From Deinococcota bacterium (GTDB lineage: Bacteria; Deinococcota; Deinococci; Deinococcales; Thermaceae), in assembly GCA_041695225.1 (NCBI GenBank), contig JBGFRI010000014.1, forward strand, positions 32,001 through 96,000: a stretch of DNA of 64,000 nt, given 5' to 3'. The notes under the pieces were generated by a model. It worked only from the letters and a program-made list of their open reading frames with translations. It ran no database searches and had not been told where the DNA came from. This document shows positions 54,051 through 64,000 of the stretch, in pieces (within the stretch, counting starts at the first letter, position 1; each line of letters starts with the position of its first letter). Both the position numbers and the translations under genes were made by a program.

Positions 54051-54587
54051 CTAGGAAGTTTGCAGAATGGGAATTTCCGACAGGAAGGTAATGGGCAGTT
54101 TGCTATTGCCCTGGTGAAAGGCAGCCAGACGGGCTATTACGTTGGCGCCGGCCTTTTTGGCGACTTTTTCCAGTGCCATCATGGTGCCGCCCGACGAGAC
54201 CACATCAAAGACCAGGGCTACGTTCTGGCCCAGCAGTTTCTCGGCCATGCGACTATCCAGCCAGAGGGTCTCGGTTACGCCCAGGGTGAGCGACTCTACC
54301 TCCTGGATGATGGGATCGGTCATGTAGGGGCGTCGTTTGCGGCGCACCACAATGTAGGGTTTGCCAACAATGGCGCTCATGGCATGGGCCAGCACGATGG
54401 GGGAGGTCTCGAGGGTGAGAAGGGCGTCGGTACTGGCAGGCAAATGCTTGACCAGCGCTTCGGCAGCAGCCTGCACCAGCTCCACGTCACCCATCAGCTC
54501 AACCAGAGGGATGTGAACACCAGGCAAGGTTTCGACCACAGGCACGTGACGGGTTATTTTGCCGATTGTGATGGGGTAGGTCTCCAT
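54051..54587 (-). CDS. APRT homolog (APRTh) phosphoribosyltransferase-like protein
   Basis: METYPITIG..TRHVP; degenerate PRPP loop VFDVVSSG; resembles Thermus APRTh from recall. Confidence 0.8.
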   Translation of the reverse strand: METYPITIGKITRHVPVVETLPGVHIPLVELMGDVELVQAAAEALVKHLPASTDALLTLETSPIVLAHAMSAIVGKPYIVVRRKRRPYMTDPIIQEVESLTLGVTETLWLDSRMAEKLLGQNVALVFDVVSSGGTMMALEKVAKKAGANVIARLAAFHQGNSKLPITFLSEIPILQTS

Positions 54588-54677
54588 AGGTTTGCGCTCC
54601 CTTATTGCACCAAGAACACAGTTTATTCGATTAGCGTGAGTCTAAGTGTGAATACCTGTATATCTGAGGTCAACTGC

Positions 54678-55220
54678 TCAGTCTGGTTTGAACAAGGGTA
54701 GATGCCCCAGCGCGATTACATCGTCACGGGGAGAACCCTCGGTGAAGACCGCCATAACCACGCCAACCACACCACCCACATCGGTGATAAGGTCGGAAAG
54801 ACCCTTCAGCGTACTACCGGTGGAAACCACATCGTCTACAATGGCCACCCGTTTGCCTTTGATCAGGGGGATGTCTGTACCATCCAGCACCAGGAGTTGG
54901 GGCTTGCCTGTGGTTATTGAAATCACCGTGCGCGAAACTGGGTTAATCATATACGGCTTTTCCGTCTTGCGGGCAACCACATAGGGCTTTCCGGTCAGGC
55001 GTGAGAGTGCATGGGCCAGCGGCACCGCCTTGACCTCAGGCGTAACCAGCACATCAATATCGGCCGGCATCTTTTTGATCAGAGCCTTGGCGGCCTCTTC
55101 TACCACCTCGGTATCGCCCAGCATATTGAACAGGGCTACTGCGACACCAGGTCCCACCTGAACCACCGGCAGCTCACGATGAACACCGGCAATATTTATA
55201 GGATACGTTTTCACGCCCAT
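54678..55220 (-). CDS. apt: Adenine phosphoribosyltransferase, Thermus type
   Basis: PEVKAVP, VARK, intact [11 protein letters not shown]. Confidence 0.8.
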   Translation of the reverse strand: MGVKTYPINIAGVHRELPVVQVGPGVAVALFNMLGDTEVVEEAAKALIKKMPADIDVLVTPEVKAVPLAHALSRLTGKPYVVARKTEKPYMINPVSRTVISITTGKPQLLVLDGTDIPLIKGKRVAIVDDVVSTGSTLKGLSDLITDVGGVVGVVMAVFTEGSPRDDVIALGHLPLFKPD

Positions 55221-55335
55221 AGTCTATAGGGTTCCCAGAACCACCGACAGGGTTAATGCTCGCCAAGTTTGGTGGGATAGGTACGACCAGGCAGTTCTTA
55301 AGACCAGCCTCAGGTCAGACCCGTATACTTTAGTT

Positions 55336-55767
55336 ATGGTGGTAGCACAGATCGAAGGTATGGGCGTAGACCCTGGAAACGGAAACTTGATTGTAATGCT
55401 CAAGTCCGCCAACAACCTGTTCCTGCCGGTGGTAATTGGGGCCCTGGAGACGCAAAATATCATGATTCATCTCTCCGGCGAGAAACCTGCCAGACCACTG
55501 GGGCCAGACCTGTTTTACAACACCCTGGACTTGCTAGGGGTTAAGGTGCTGCGGCTCGAGATTGTCGAACTGAAGGAAGGCACTTTTTATGGGCGGCTGG
55601 TCTTGGAGCAGCGTGGTCTGGAGTATGACATAGACTGCCGTCCTTCGGATGGTATGGCCCTGGCGATCCGGGCCGGTGCGCCCATTCTGATAGCCGAGCA
55701 GGTACTCACGGCTGCCGGCATCAACGAGTCGCAAATCAATCGGCAGAGCGAGAACCCACAGGCATAA
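55336..55767 (+). CDS. Bifunctional nuclease family (DUF151)
   Basis: LPVVIG..E, RP...DL, FYGRL, IDCRPSDGMALA. Confidence 0.9.
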   Translation: MVVAQIEGMGVDPGNGNLIVMLKSANNLFLPVVIGALETQNIMIHLSGEKPARPLGPDLFYNTLDLLGVKVLRLEIVELKEGTFYGRLVLEQRGLEYDIDCRPSDGMALAIRAGAPILIAEQVLTAAGINESQINRQSENPQA

Positions 55768-56075
55768 TGGCCCAGAGCAACAACAGCCAGCGATTTTTTT
55801 CCTAAGCTCCTCTGATTTCTGATCTTTTGCGCCTTTCTCAGGGCTTTTGTAGCTACCGGCTCGAGGCCAAAATTATCTTCACATCGTTACCGGCCAGGGC
55901 AGAGCCCCGCTAAGCCACTGTCGTAGCTTGTTGCCCCAGAGCAAGCCCTGGTCGGCCCCAGCTACCTCGTCCTGGCAGCCAAGGCTTAGCGGCTGCTGCC
56001 AGTAGCGCGCAACCAGACCGGCCGCCTTATAGAGCGGTTAAAGCTCCAAAAGTAGCCTGGCCAGTATTGTGCCGC

Positions 56076-56402
56076 TTAGGCGTCTGAGCGCAAGTGGAGG
56101 TGCACGTGAAAAACCTCCTGCCCGCCTTTCTCTCCCACGTGAATACGGATAAAGTAGCCCTCCAGACCCATCTCTATGGCAATTTTGTTGGCTGTGAGCA
56201 TCAGCTTGCCCAGTTTGAGCGCCCCTTCTTCGGTCTGGGGATAGTCGGCCAAGGTGGGGATATATTCTTTTGGGCAGACCAGAATGTGCACCTTAGACCG
56301 CGGGTTAATATCCTTGAAAGCGATGAACTCATCATCCTCGTAAACAATACTGGCCGGCAGCTCGCGGCGGATGATCTTGCCAAAAACAGTGGGGTTCTCC
56401 AT
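56076..56402 (-). CDS. HIT family nucleotide hydrolase
   Basis: FGKII..E.PA..VYEDD, FKDINP, QEVFHVHLHL. Confidence 0.92.
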   Translation of the reverse strand: MENPTVFGKIIRRELPASIVYEDDEFIAFKDINPRSKVHILVCPKEYIPTLADYPQTEEGALKLGKLMLTANKIAIEMGLEGYFIRIHVGEKGGQEVFHVHLHLRSDA

Positions 56403-56684
56403 GAGGCATAATCTACCCCATAGATTAATCATCCGCACCCCCGGCCACGCCATTATCCAGTCTATGAGCCCGGGTGAATTAGTACCTCAGGAACGAGCAA
56501 GCTCTAAAGACTTAGCGCAACCCTCAAATAGCGGTTGGGACGGCGTAGCATTTGAAGAATCTTTCTCCTTGTCGTGGTCCTCCCACTTGACCGCCACTTT
56601 CCCAGAGAATCCGCGGGTCCTCAAGCACCGCCAACCGCCGACGAAGTTACAGTAAGCCACAGCCGGGTTGTTTATGCTGGTACC

Positions 56685-57038
56685 ATGCCACGGCTAAGTT
56701 TGAAGATCGGGATGGCCATGATCGTGCTGGGCCTATTGACTTATGCGCTCTCTGGCGGTGCCCACCTTACCGCGCTCATACCCAGCTTTTTTGGTATCTT
56801 GATTGCGGCTTTGGGCTGGATAGCGCTCAAAAACCCAGCCGCCAGCCGCCATGCCATGCACGGAGCCATGTTGCTGTCGTTGCTGGCGGTGCTGGGTAGC
56901 GCTCGAGTTTTCGGGGCGCTGGGGGAGGGCCTCAACCTTGCGGTAATTTCGCAGCTGGTGATGCTGGGACTGGGGCTAGCAGTCCTGATTCCCGGCATTC
57001 AGTCGTTTATCCGAGCCCGCCAGAAAGGAAGTGCCTGA
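56685..57038 (+). CDS. 4-TM hypothetical membrane protein (paralog A)
   Basis: TALIPSFFG...AMH motif; TATGCT 6 nt before ATG. Confidence 0.75.
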   Translation: MPRLSLKIGMAMIVLGLLTYALSGGAHLTALIPSFFGILIAALGWIALKNPAASRHAMHGAMLLSLLAVLGSARVFGALGEGLNLAVISQLVMLGLGLAVLIPGIQSFIRARQKGSA

Positions 57039-57412
57039 TGGTAAGCAGCTTACCCGCCAGAGCCCTGTGGACTGGGGCGTTTTTGATCTTGATCTCTACA
57101 CTGGCAATTATGGTGGCTGGTTTTACCATAACCGCCTTAATTCCCGGAGCGCTGGGCCTGGTAATTGCCCTGATGGGAATCTGGGCCGATAAGACCCCGG
57201 CCCAAAGACCCTTGGCCATGAAGATCGCTCTGGGTCTGGCGGTGCTGGGCATGCTGGGTTCGGTTGGCAGCGTACCCGATTTCATCACCCTGGTGGGCGG
57301 CGGCAACGTAGAACGCCCTGTGGCCACCATGGCCCAGTTTGCCACCCTATTCATCTGCCTGGGATTTGTCATCCGCTGGTTTGTGGAAAGCCGCCGCAAG
57401 GCGCAGCCCTAG
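57038..57412 (+). CDS. 4-TM hypothetical membrane protein (paralog B)
   Basis: TALIPGALG...AMK; TGATG coupling to the upstream gene. Confidence 0.75.
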   Translation: MVSSLPARALWTGAFLILISTLAIMVAGFTITALIPGALGLVIALMGIWADKTPAQRPLAMKIALGLAVLGMLGSVGSVPDFITLVGGGNVERPVATMAQFATLFICLGFVIRWFVESRRKAQP

Positions 57413-57661
57413 TGTCAGAGGGCCGTGTTCGGGCCAGCAATGCGAAGAGTCATACCAGGCTCGGGCGGGCGCCGTTTTCTCTGCACACCGGCCCTCTCCC
57501 GCTGGGAGGGGTCTGGAATAGTCTGGTGACGGTACAGTTTGGCGCGGTTAACTTGCAGGGCGTGCGGTTCGCGCACGACCCTATCCTCCAAAGGTGCGCC
57601 AACCGCCTCCCTGATGGAGTTTTCGGCCACGCATAACCCCGGGATATTTCCATAAGCCGGT

Positions 57662-58981
57662 CTAAAGCACCGCCAAAAGGCGGGCGGGCTCTGCCTTGAT
57701 GGATTCAAGCTGGCCTTGCAGGGTATAGCGGTCTATACCGTGTACCCTTACCCAGACCGTCTGCCCGATGTGGGCTTGTCCAGTGAACTCGGCCTCGTAG
57801 TAGTCGGGGGTGTGGCCGTAGAGTTTACCCTGGCGGATGCTCTCCACCAGCACCTCGACTTGTTCACCTAGCTTCGAGAGCGCCCGCTCCCCAGCCAGGC
57901 GGGTTGCAAGTGCTTGCACCTCCCTGTTGCGGCGCTTACGCACCTCGATGGGCACCTGCGGCATAGAAGCGGCGCGGGTCTTGGGACGCGGGGTGTAGGT
58001 AAAGGCGTGGACGCGGCTGGGGCGCATCTCCTCGAGGAAGGCCAGGGTTTCTTGGTGCTCCTCCTCAGTCTCGGTGGGCAGGCCCGCGATCACGTCGGTG
58101 GTGAGGGCGAACCCGGGCACCAGCGCGTAGGCTTGCTGTACTAGATGGCGGTAATAATCCTGGTTATAGCGGCGGCCCATCAGGGCCAGCAGACGGTTAG
58201 AGCCAGTCTGCAAACTGAGGTGCAGGTGGGGGCGCACCTGGGGGGCCCAGCGCCGCATCACTTCAAGTAAATGGTGGTTGGCGTCTTCGGGTTCCAGGGA
58301 CGACAGGCGCACCCTGGCGCCCATCAGGGCCAGTTCCTCGACCAGCCCGGCAATACCACGTGGGTGTCCTTTGTAGGAACCCAGTCGCACACCGGTCAAT
58401 ACGATCTCCTGCACACCCGCTTCCAGCAAGCCCTCTGCCTCCCGAAGGGCATCGCGCTGCTGGCGGTGGCGCTCGCGCCCGCGCAGGCGGGGGATGATGC
58501 AGTAGGCGCAGCCCGCGTTGCAGCCGTCCTGCACCTTTACAAAGGCCCGGATGTAGTTGTTGAGCAGGCCCCGCTCGCCCGCGCCCCAGAACTCGCCCGG
58601 CGGGGTAGTGAGGGGGTCGGCAGGCAGGCCAAAGCGCTCCAAAATCACGCCAGGGAGCTCGGCCTTGCGGTTGTTGGGTATGACTGCATCGGCCCCCAGC
58701 TCGGCCAGCTGGTCGGGGGCCAGTTCGGCATAGCAGCCCGTTACCACGATGAAGGCCGCAGGACTGGCCCGGCGGGCCCGGCGCACTTCCTTGCGGGCGT
58801 CGGACTCGGCCGAGGTGGTGACGGCGCAGGTATTGATCACTACAAGGTCGGCCCCGTCCTCCAGGGCCACCACCCGGGGCCCCAGTGGCTTCAAAAGCCC
58901 CACCAGAGCGTCCGACTCAACCTGGTTCACCTTGCACCCCAGGGTTTTGACCGCCAACCGTACCCCTTCCACCAGGGGCAT
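57662..58981 (-). CDS. mtaB: tRNA methylthiotransferase MtaB (radical SAM)
   Basis: TLGCKVNQVES, NTCAVT, VTGCYA, QDGCNAGCAYC; start uncertain (58972-59008). Confidence 0.85.
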   Translation of the reverse strand: MPLVEGVRLAVKTLGCKVNQVESDALVGLLKPLGPRVVALEDGADLVVINTCAVTTSAESDARKEVRRARRASPAAFIVVTGCYAELAPDQLAELGADAVIPNNRKAELPGVILERFGLPADPLTTPPGEFWGAGERGLLNNYIRAFVKVQDGCNAGCAYCIIPRLRGRERHRQQRDALREAEGLLEAGVQEIVLTGVRLGSYKGHPRGIAGLVEELALMGARVRLSSLEPEDANHHLLEVMRRWAPQVRPHLHLSLQTGSNRLLALMGRRYNQDYYRHLVQQAYALVPGFALTTDVIAGLPTETEEEHQETLAFLEEMRPSRVHAFTYTPRPKTRAASMPQVPIEVRKRRNREVQALATRLAGERALSKLGEQVEVLVESIRQGKLYGHTPDYYEAEFTGQAHIGQTVWVRVHGIDRYTLQGQLESIKAEPARLLAVL

Positions 58982-59029
58982 TGTGGGCCAAGGCCCGGCT
59001 ATGGTCAAGTGTCGGTCAGGTTCACCAAA

Positions 59030-59195
59030 GATGTCGCAGGTCCAAGGTCGAAGGTCAAATAAAGGCTGAAGGCTGAAGGCCTAAGGCTTTTAGCTTTTAG
59101 CTTCCGGCTTTAGGCTATCGGCTATCGGCTATTGACTATCGACTCATTGAATGACGCAGGTCGCAAGCCAAAAAGACCTGAGACTTGAGACGCTT
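59030..59195. repeat. Composite heptamer palindromic array
   Basis: gtcgcag gtccaag gtcgaag, ggctgaa x2, gctttta, gctatcg units; related to 1446-1612. Confidence 0.85.
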
Positions 59196-59363
59196 CATAA
59201 AAAGGCCCTACCCAGAAACTCCTTTCTGTTTCGTCGCTATGGGCGCGGGCGGCTCTTAGAAAACTCATGCAGCCCGCTCTAGCGCTTAGCTAGGCTATCT
59301 GGTGGCAGGTTGCTGCCGGAAAATGGCGCTCGGAACTAAGTGCTGGCTGATAGGATGGGGCTG

Positions 59364-60278
59364 ATGATTTGTTTAGAAGACGTTCAGGCCGCTGCCCTGC
59401 GCATTGCCCCTTACATCCACCGGACTCCGGTTTTTACCAGCCAGGGGCTGGACAGACTTTTGGGCCGCCAGCTTTTCTTCAAGGCCGAGCACCTGCAAAA
59501 AACCGGCAGTTTCAAGGCCAGGGGTGCGCTGAACGCTGCGCTACAGATGCAAAACCCCAGGGGCATTATTGCGGTCTCGTCGGGCAACCATGCTCAGGGG
59601 GCGGCCTATGCCGCCCAGGTAATAGGGGTTCGGGCCCTGGTGGTGATGGCCGAGGATGCCTCCCCTACCAAAAAAGCGGCTACCCGGGCCTACGGGGCCG
59701 AGGTCTACGACCAGGGGGTAACGGTAGAAAACCGCGAGGAAGTGGTGCGAAAACTGGCCCAGGAGACCGGCTACGAACTTATCCATCCCTTCGACGACTT
59801 TCGGGTGATGGCCGGGCAGGGCACCCAGGCCCTGGAATTGTTGGAGCAGGTGTCTGATCTGGATGCGGTGCTGGTCGCGGTGGGTGGTGGGGGGCTCATT
59901 GCGGGCATCGCCACGGTTATTAAGTCTCTGAGGCCAGAGTGTGAGGTGATTGGGGTGGAGCCCGAGACTGCCAACGATGCCCAACAGAGCCTACAGGCGG
60001 GGGTGCGTATCAAGCTGTTGCAGGCCCCCAAGACTGTGGCCGATGGGGTGCGCACGCTGGTGGTTGGCGAGAAGACCTTCCCGGTGATGCAGCACCACGT
60101 AGACCGCATTGTAACGGTGCCGGACGAGATCACCCTGCAAGCCCAGCGCCTGATGATGGAACGGCTTAAACAGGTGGTGGAGCCAACCGCCGGGCTGGCC
60201 CTGGCGCCGGTGCTGATGAATTACCACCTTCCGAGGCGGCTAGCGGTAATTGTATGTGGCGGAAACTGGCTACCCTGA
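59364..60278 (+). CDS. PLP-dependent serine/threonine dehydratase-racemase family
   Basis: KAEHLQKTGSFKARGA, SSGNHAQG, GGGGL, CGGN; no ACT domain. Confidence 0.9.
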   Translation: MICLEDVQAAALRIAPYIHRTPVFTSQGLDRLLGRQLFFKAEHLQKTGSFKARGALNAALQMQNPRGIIAVSSGNHAQGAAYAAQVIGVRALVVMAEDASPTKKAATRAYGAEVYDQGVTVENREEVVRKLAQETGYELIHPFDDFRVMAGQGTQALELLEQVSDLDAVLVAVGGGGLIAGIATVIKSLRPECEVIGVEPETANDAQQSLQAGVRIKLLQAPKTVADGVRTLVVGEKTFPVMQHHVDRIVTVPDEITLQAQRLMMERLKQVVEPTAGLALAPVLMNYHLPRRLAVIVCGGNWLP

Positions 60279-60304
60279 AGCTTTGCGCCCGGTAATGATC
60301 TTTG

Positions 60305-60380
60305 GCTATCGTCTATTGACCATAGACTATCGACTCTCGGCTATAGGCTATCAGCTTTTTCCATAGACTTATGTCGCAGC
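60305..60380. repeat. Heptamer array
   Basis: gctatcg tctattg accatag actatcg actctcg gctatag. Confidence 0.75.
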
Positions 60381-60402
60381 TATGGAGAGGTATTCTAAAG
60401 GT

Positions 60403-62070
60403 ATGGATATAACCAAACTGCCCATGCTGAGCGATCTCGAGATTGCCCAAAAAGCCCGACCCAAACCCATCGAAGAAGTGGCTGCCAGCCTGGATATTCC
60501 GCGCCAGGCGCTTTTCCAATATGGCCCCTATATGGCTAAGGTAACCGGGGTTCCGCCCCAACCCCGAGGAAAACTGATTCTGGTAACGGCCATGACCCCC
60601 ACCCCGGCCGGAGAGGGCAAGACCACGGTAGCCATTGGGCTGACCCAGGCCCTGGGCAGGCTGGGGAAAAAGTCTGCAGTAGCCATTCGGGAGCCTTCGC
60701 TGGGGCCGGTCTTTGGTGTCAAGGGTGGGGCCGCTGGGGGGGGATATGCCCAGGTGCTGCCCATGGAGGAGATCAACCTGCACTTTACGGGCGACTTCCA
60801 CGCCGTCACCAGCGCGGTAAACCTGCTTTCGGCCATGATAGACAACCACCTGCACCAGGGCAATGCGCTGGGGCTGGATGCCCGCCGCATTGAGGTCAAG
60901 CGAGTTTTAGATATTAACGACCGGGCCTTGCGGCAGGTGATTGTGGGGCTGGGCGGCCCTAGCCAGGGCGTGCCCCGCGAGACCGGCTTCGAGATCACCG
61001 TAGCCAGCGAGGTGATGGCCATCATGAGCCTGGCCTCGGATCTGGCTGACCTGCAAGAACGGCTGGGAAAGATTCGCATCGGCTATACCCAGTCTGGCCA
61101 CCAGGTTTTCACCCGCGATTTAGGCGCAGCCGGGGCCATGACCGCGCTACTCAGGCAGGCCTTCTATCCCAACCTGGTACAGACCCTCGAGCACCAGCCG
61201 GCTTTTGTGCACATGGGGCCGTTTGGCAACATCGCCCACGGCACCAACTCGGTGGTGGCTACCCGCATGGCCCTGGGCTACGCCGATTACGTGGTGACCG
61301 AAGCTGGGTTTGGCTCCGACCTGGGAGCCGAAAAATACGTCAACGTGGTCTCGCGCAAAGTGGGGTTTGCGCCACAGGCGGTGGTGCTGGTGGCCACCAT
61401 GCGGGCCCTGCGCTTTCATGGGGGACAGGACGACTACACCCAGCCCAACCTCGAGGCCGTGCAAAGGGGGCTGCCCAACCTGGCCAAGCACATCCAGAAT
61501 GTACGGCTGTATGGCTTTGAGCCGGTGCTGGCTTTAAACCGGTTCCCAACCGACTCCTCTCAGGAAATTGGTCTTTTGCGGGCGTTTGCTGCCGAGCAGG
61601 GCGTGCGGGTCTCTTTTGCCGAGCTTCACGCCAAAGGGGGGGCGGGAGGGGTGGAGCTAGCCCAGATGGTCCTGGATGCGCTGCAAAACCCAGGCCGTCC
61701 GACGTTTGTTTACCAGCTCGAGCAGTCACTTGAAAGCAAAATAGCCGCCATTGCCCAGCATGTTTACGGAGCAGCCAGTGTAGCATATACCCCCGAGGCC
61801 CGCAAAACCCTAAAGCGGCTGGAGAAAGAAGGCTGGGGCGGACTACCGGTCATTATCGCCAAAACCGCCAACTCCCTTTCCGACAACGCCAAGCTGAGGG
61901 GCCGCCCCCAGAATTTTACCGTGACGGTAACCGATCTGCGGCCCAAGTGCGGCGCAGGTTTTGTGGTGGCCTATATGGGCGAGATCATGACCATGCCAGG
62001 GCTACCCAAAGAACCCGCAGCGCTCAAGATCGGGCTGGACGAAGAGGGGCAGATCACGGGTTTGTTTTAG
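60403..62070 (+). CDS. fhs: Formate-tetrahydrofolate ligase
   Basis: PTPAGEGKTT, GVKGGAAGGGYAQ, INLHFTGD, GPFGNIAHG, IMTMPGLP. Confidence 0.97.
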   Translation: MDITKLPMLSDLEIAQKARPKPIEEVAASLDIPRQALFQYGPYMAKVTGVPPQPRGKLILVTAMTPTPAGEGKTTVAIGLTQALGRLGKKSAVAIREPSLGPVFGVKGGAAGGGYAQVLPMEEINLHFTGDFHAVTSAVNLLSAMIDNHLHQGNALGLDARRIEVKRVLDINDRALRQVIVGLGGPSQGVPRETGFEITVASEVMAIMSLASDLADLQERLGKIRIGYTQSGHQVFTRDLGAAGAMTALLRQAFYPNLVQTLEHQPAFVHMGPFGNIAHGTNSVVATRMALGYADYVVTEAGFGSDLGAEKYVNVVSRKVGFAPQAVVLVATMRALRFHGGQDDYTQPNLEAVQRGLPNLAKHIQNVRLYGFEPVLALNRFPTDSSQEIGLLRAFAAEQGVRVSFAELHAKGGAGGVELAQMVLDALQNPGRPTFVYQLEQSLESKIAAIAQHVYGAASVAYTPEARKTLKRLEKEGWGGLPVIIAKTANSLSDNAKLRGRPQNFTVTVTDLRPKCGAGFVVAYMGEIMTMPGLPKEPAALKIGLDEEGQITGLF

Positions 62071-62164
62071 CGCGTTGCTTGCTCAAAATTCCTCCGCGCC
62101 ACCTGACTGGCCTGGGCCATCTTATCGATCATTTGCCTTCACACCCAGCAGATCCAGGACGTCA

Positions 62165-62228
62165 ATTGACTTGCGACTTGAGACTTGCGACCTGAGACAT
62201 CTCTGTCGCAGGTCTCAGGTCACAGGTC
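62165..62228. repeat. Heptamer palindromic element
   Basis: gacttgc gacttga gacttgc gacctga gacatc ... gtcgcag gtctcag gtcacag. Confidence 0.8.
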
Positions 62229-62252
62229 TGCTGAGCATGTCCTTTGGCCTGC

Positions 62253-64000
62253 TCAAAAACGAGGCAAGATCAGGTTGAAGTATAGCCTGGGGGCTGGCTC
62301 ACCGATGCCTTGCGCCACTCCTATGGCGGCGCTCGAGCCTGGTACCAGATAAAGAAGGGTTAGCCCTAAGCGCAGCTCGGCCCCAACAGCAAACCGCACC
62401 TGAGTCATGTCAAGGGGAGAACCTGCTGCCCCTGCATCTAAGAACAGCGAGAGGCCCAGGTCGTCGAAGAAAAGTGGCCAGTTACCCAGTCCTCGCTCGA
62501 TGCTCCAGGGGGGCGGGCGGTACTCCAGCGACCCCACCAGGGCCTGCTGCCCCCGCAACTGACCCGGCCCATAACCGCGCACGGCCAGCACCGGCTTGCT
62601 GCCGACCACCAGCGGAACTGAGCCCAGGTCAAAACCATCGAAAGCCAGCCTCGAGGTGGTAAATGCGCCCCCTACGCGCACTCCCACCAGATGCGAAGCC
62701 TCCAGCGGCAAGCGAAACTGGAGACCCAGGGCACCTAGCACGCTGTAGTGCCAGTCGGCACTGCCCTCGCGCACAAAGGCAGTGCCCAGAAGGCTCACGC
62801 TGCTGCGTGCGCGAAACAGGTCGCTAACGCGGGTGTCCACCGAGCCCAGCCGGGCCGAGAAAGAGTGGGTAACCGTGTTTTGCAGGGGGTTGAGGGCCGG
62901 CTCGAGCGCGTCCGTTCGCACATACTGCAACCCCAGGCTGCCCTGCGGCGACCAGAACGATGTACCGATGCCCTGGGCGTTGTTCGGGCCCGCTCCCACC
63001 GCCTGCAGCACAATTGGAAAACCGAGGCCAGCATACCGATAAGCTAGGTTATAAAAAACCCCCCGGAAATTGCTGTCGACCCCCAGCCCCACCGAGTAGG
63101 CATGTATGCCAACCGGGTCGGAGGCCCCAAAAGAAACCCCCAGCACCCCACCCAGGCCCCTGCCATCTACCCCGATGCTGGCTACCGGCAGCCAGTATAA
63201 CGGGCGCAGGTAGTACCAGGGGTTGTAGGGCTCGCCTCTGGCAGCTTCGAATGGTTGAAATTCGGGGCGGGGCTGGCGCTTTAGCTCGACCCTTTGCCAG
63301 GTGCTGGGATCGAAGGGAATCTGGTAAAGGTTATAACCGGTTTCTCCATAACCAGTGAAGATGATGTGCTGCCGGCTGTGGGCGATGGTGGGCATAAAAG
63401 CTCCGGTCAGCAGGTTGGTCACCTGGAATACCGCGCCATCTTCCAGGCGAAAGGCATACAGGTTGTAGACCCGGTTGGGGTCGGAGCTGTAAATGACATA
63501 GCGCCCATCCGGGCTGAAGACCGGGTCGGCGTCTACGTTTGTGTCTTGCGTGAGTGGGGTTAGGGCCCCGGTCTGTAGCACGTAGTGGTAGAGGTCCTGA
63601 AACCCCCCACGCCGCAATAGCGACAATATGAGTGAGTTGCCATCTGGCGCTACCGCAAATGAGTGAACTACTCCGTCCTGGTTAGGAAACCTGCGTAGCG
63701 GCTGGATGCGGTCTAACTCAATAAAATAGCGGGCCAGCTCGGTGGAGCCATCGGGTGTGTTTTTTGCCAGGAAGATGCTTTGCCCATCGGGTGCGTAGCG
63801 GGCGAAATAGACCCGTTCACCATCGGTCAGCCGCCTCACCCTGCCATCCAAGCGGTCGAACTGGTAAAGGTCGCTGCTCACGAAGTGCTGGCTGGTAGTG
63901 CGGCTGGCGGTGAATAGTAGGTGGCGCCCATCCGGCGACCACTGTGGGTGCTGGGCCGGGCCGCTCAGCAGCTCGCCCTCTCGCCCGCCTGCAATAATGC
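62253..64000 (-). CDS. TolB/PD40 beta-propeller plus Omp85/BamA-like barrel protein (5' part outside window)
   Basis: WSPDG/FSPDG repeats, VRGY motif, LFLDAG, C-terminal Phe; frame open to the window edge. Confidence 0.8.
   Translation of the reverse strand, partial: IIAGGREGELLSGPAQHPQWSPDGRHLLFTASRTTSQHFVSSDLYQFDRLDGRVRRLTDGERVYFARYAPDGQSIFLAKNTPDGSTELARYFIELDRIQPLRRFPNQDGVVHSFAVAPDGNSLILSLLRRGGFQDLYHYVLQTGALTPLTQDTNVDADPVFSPDGRYVIYSSDPNRVYNLYAFRLEDGAVFQVTNLLTGAFMPTIAHSRQHIIFTGYGETGYNLYQIPFDPSTWQRVELKRQPRPEFQPFEAARGEPYNPWYYLRPLYWLPVASIGVDGRGLGGVLGVSFGASDPVGIHAYSVGLGVDSNFRGVFYNLAYRYAGLGFPIVLQAVGAGPNNAQGIGTSFWSPQGSLGLQYVRTDALEPALNPLQNTVTHSFSARLGSVDTRVSDLFRARSSVSLLGTAFVREGSADWHYSVLGALGLQFRLPLEASHLVGVRVGGAFTTSRLAFDGFDLGSVPLVVGSKPVLAVRGYGPGQLRGQQALVGSLEYRPPPWSIERGLGNWPLFFDDLGLSLFLDAGAAGSPLDMTQVRFAVGAELRLGLTLLYLVPGSSAAIGVAQGIGEPAPRLYFNLILPRF

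Overview
A GC-rich chromosomal segment, most likely from Thermaceae (Meiothermus-like). That call rests on the Thermus-type RsmC, the APRT/APRT-homolog pair, SigA and widespread leaderless -10 boxes. Most genes are core: rsmD, topA, rpoD, rsmC, tsaB, proC, era, rdgB, guaB, tyrS, rpsT, typA, recO, mtaB, fhs. Accessory modules are an IclR-TRAP-pxp 5-oxoproline operon, a non-canonical arsenic operon, and a ccm cytochrome c maturation cluster interrupted by an inverted crp/fnr-nrfH-nrfA cassette. Main observations: (1) TopA ends in two tandem 63-aa sigma70 region 4-like domains that lack the -35 recognition residues, a possible RNAP-docking module, about 1.2 kb from rpoD; (2) 44-45-bp tandem arrays of translation-start regions precede topA and a hypothetical gene; (3) NrfA has only CxxCH motifs and its regulator has a Bacillus-Fnr-like C-terminal Cys motif; (4) the IclR gene is split at an in-phase GGGTTTTTTA slippery site; (5) the B12 mutase has isobutyryl-CoA-mutase-type residues; (6) several dispersed palindromic repeat families occur, one with covariation. 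No tRNA, rRNA, CRISPR array or intact transposase was seen. All calls come from reading the sequence by eye; no database searches were run.
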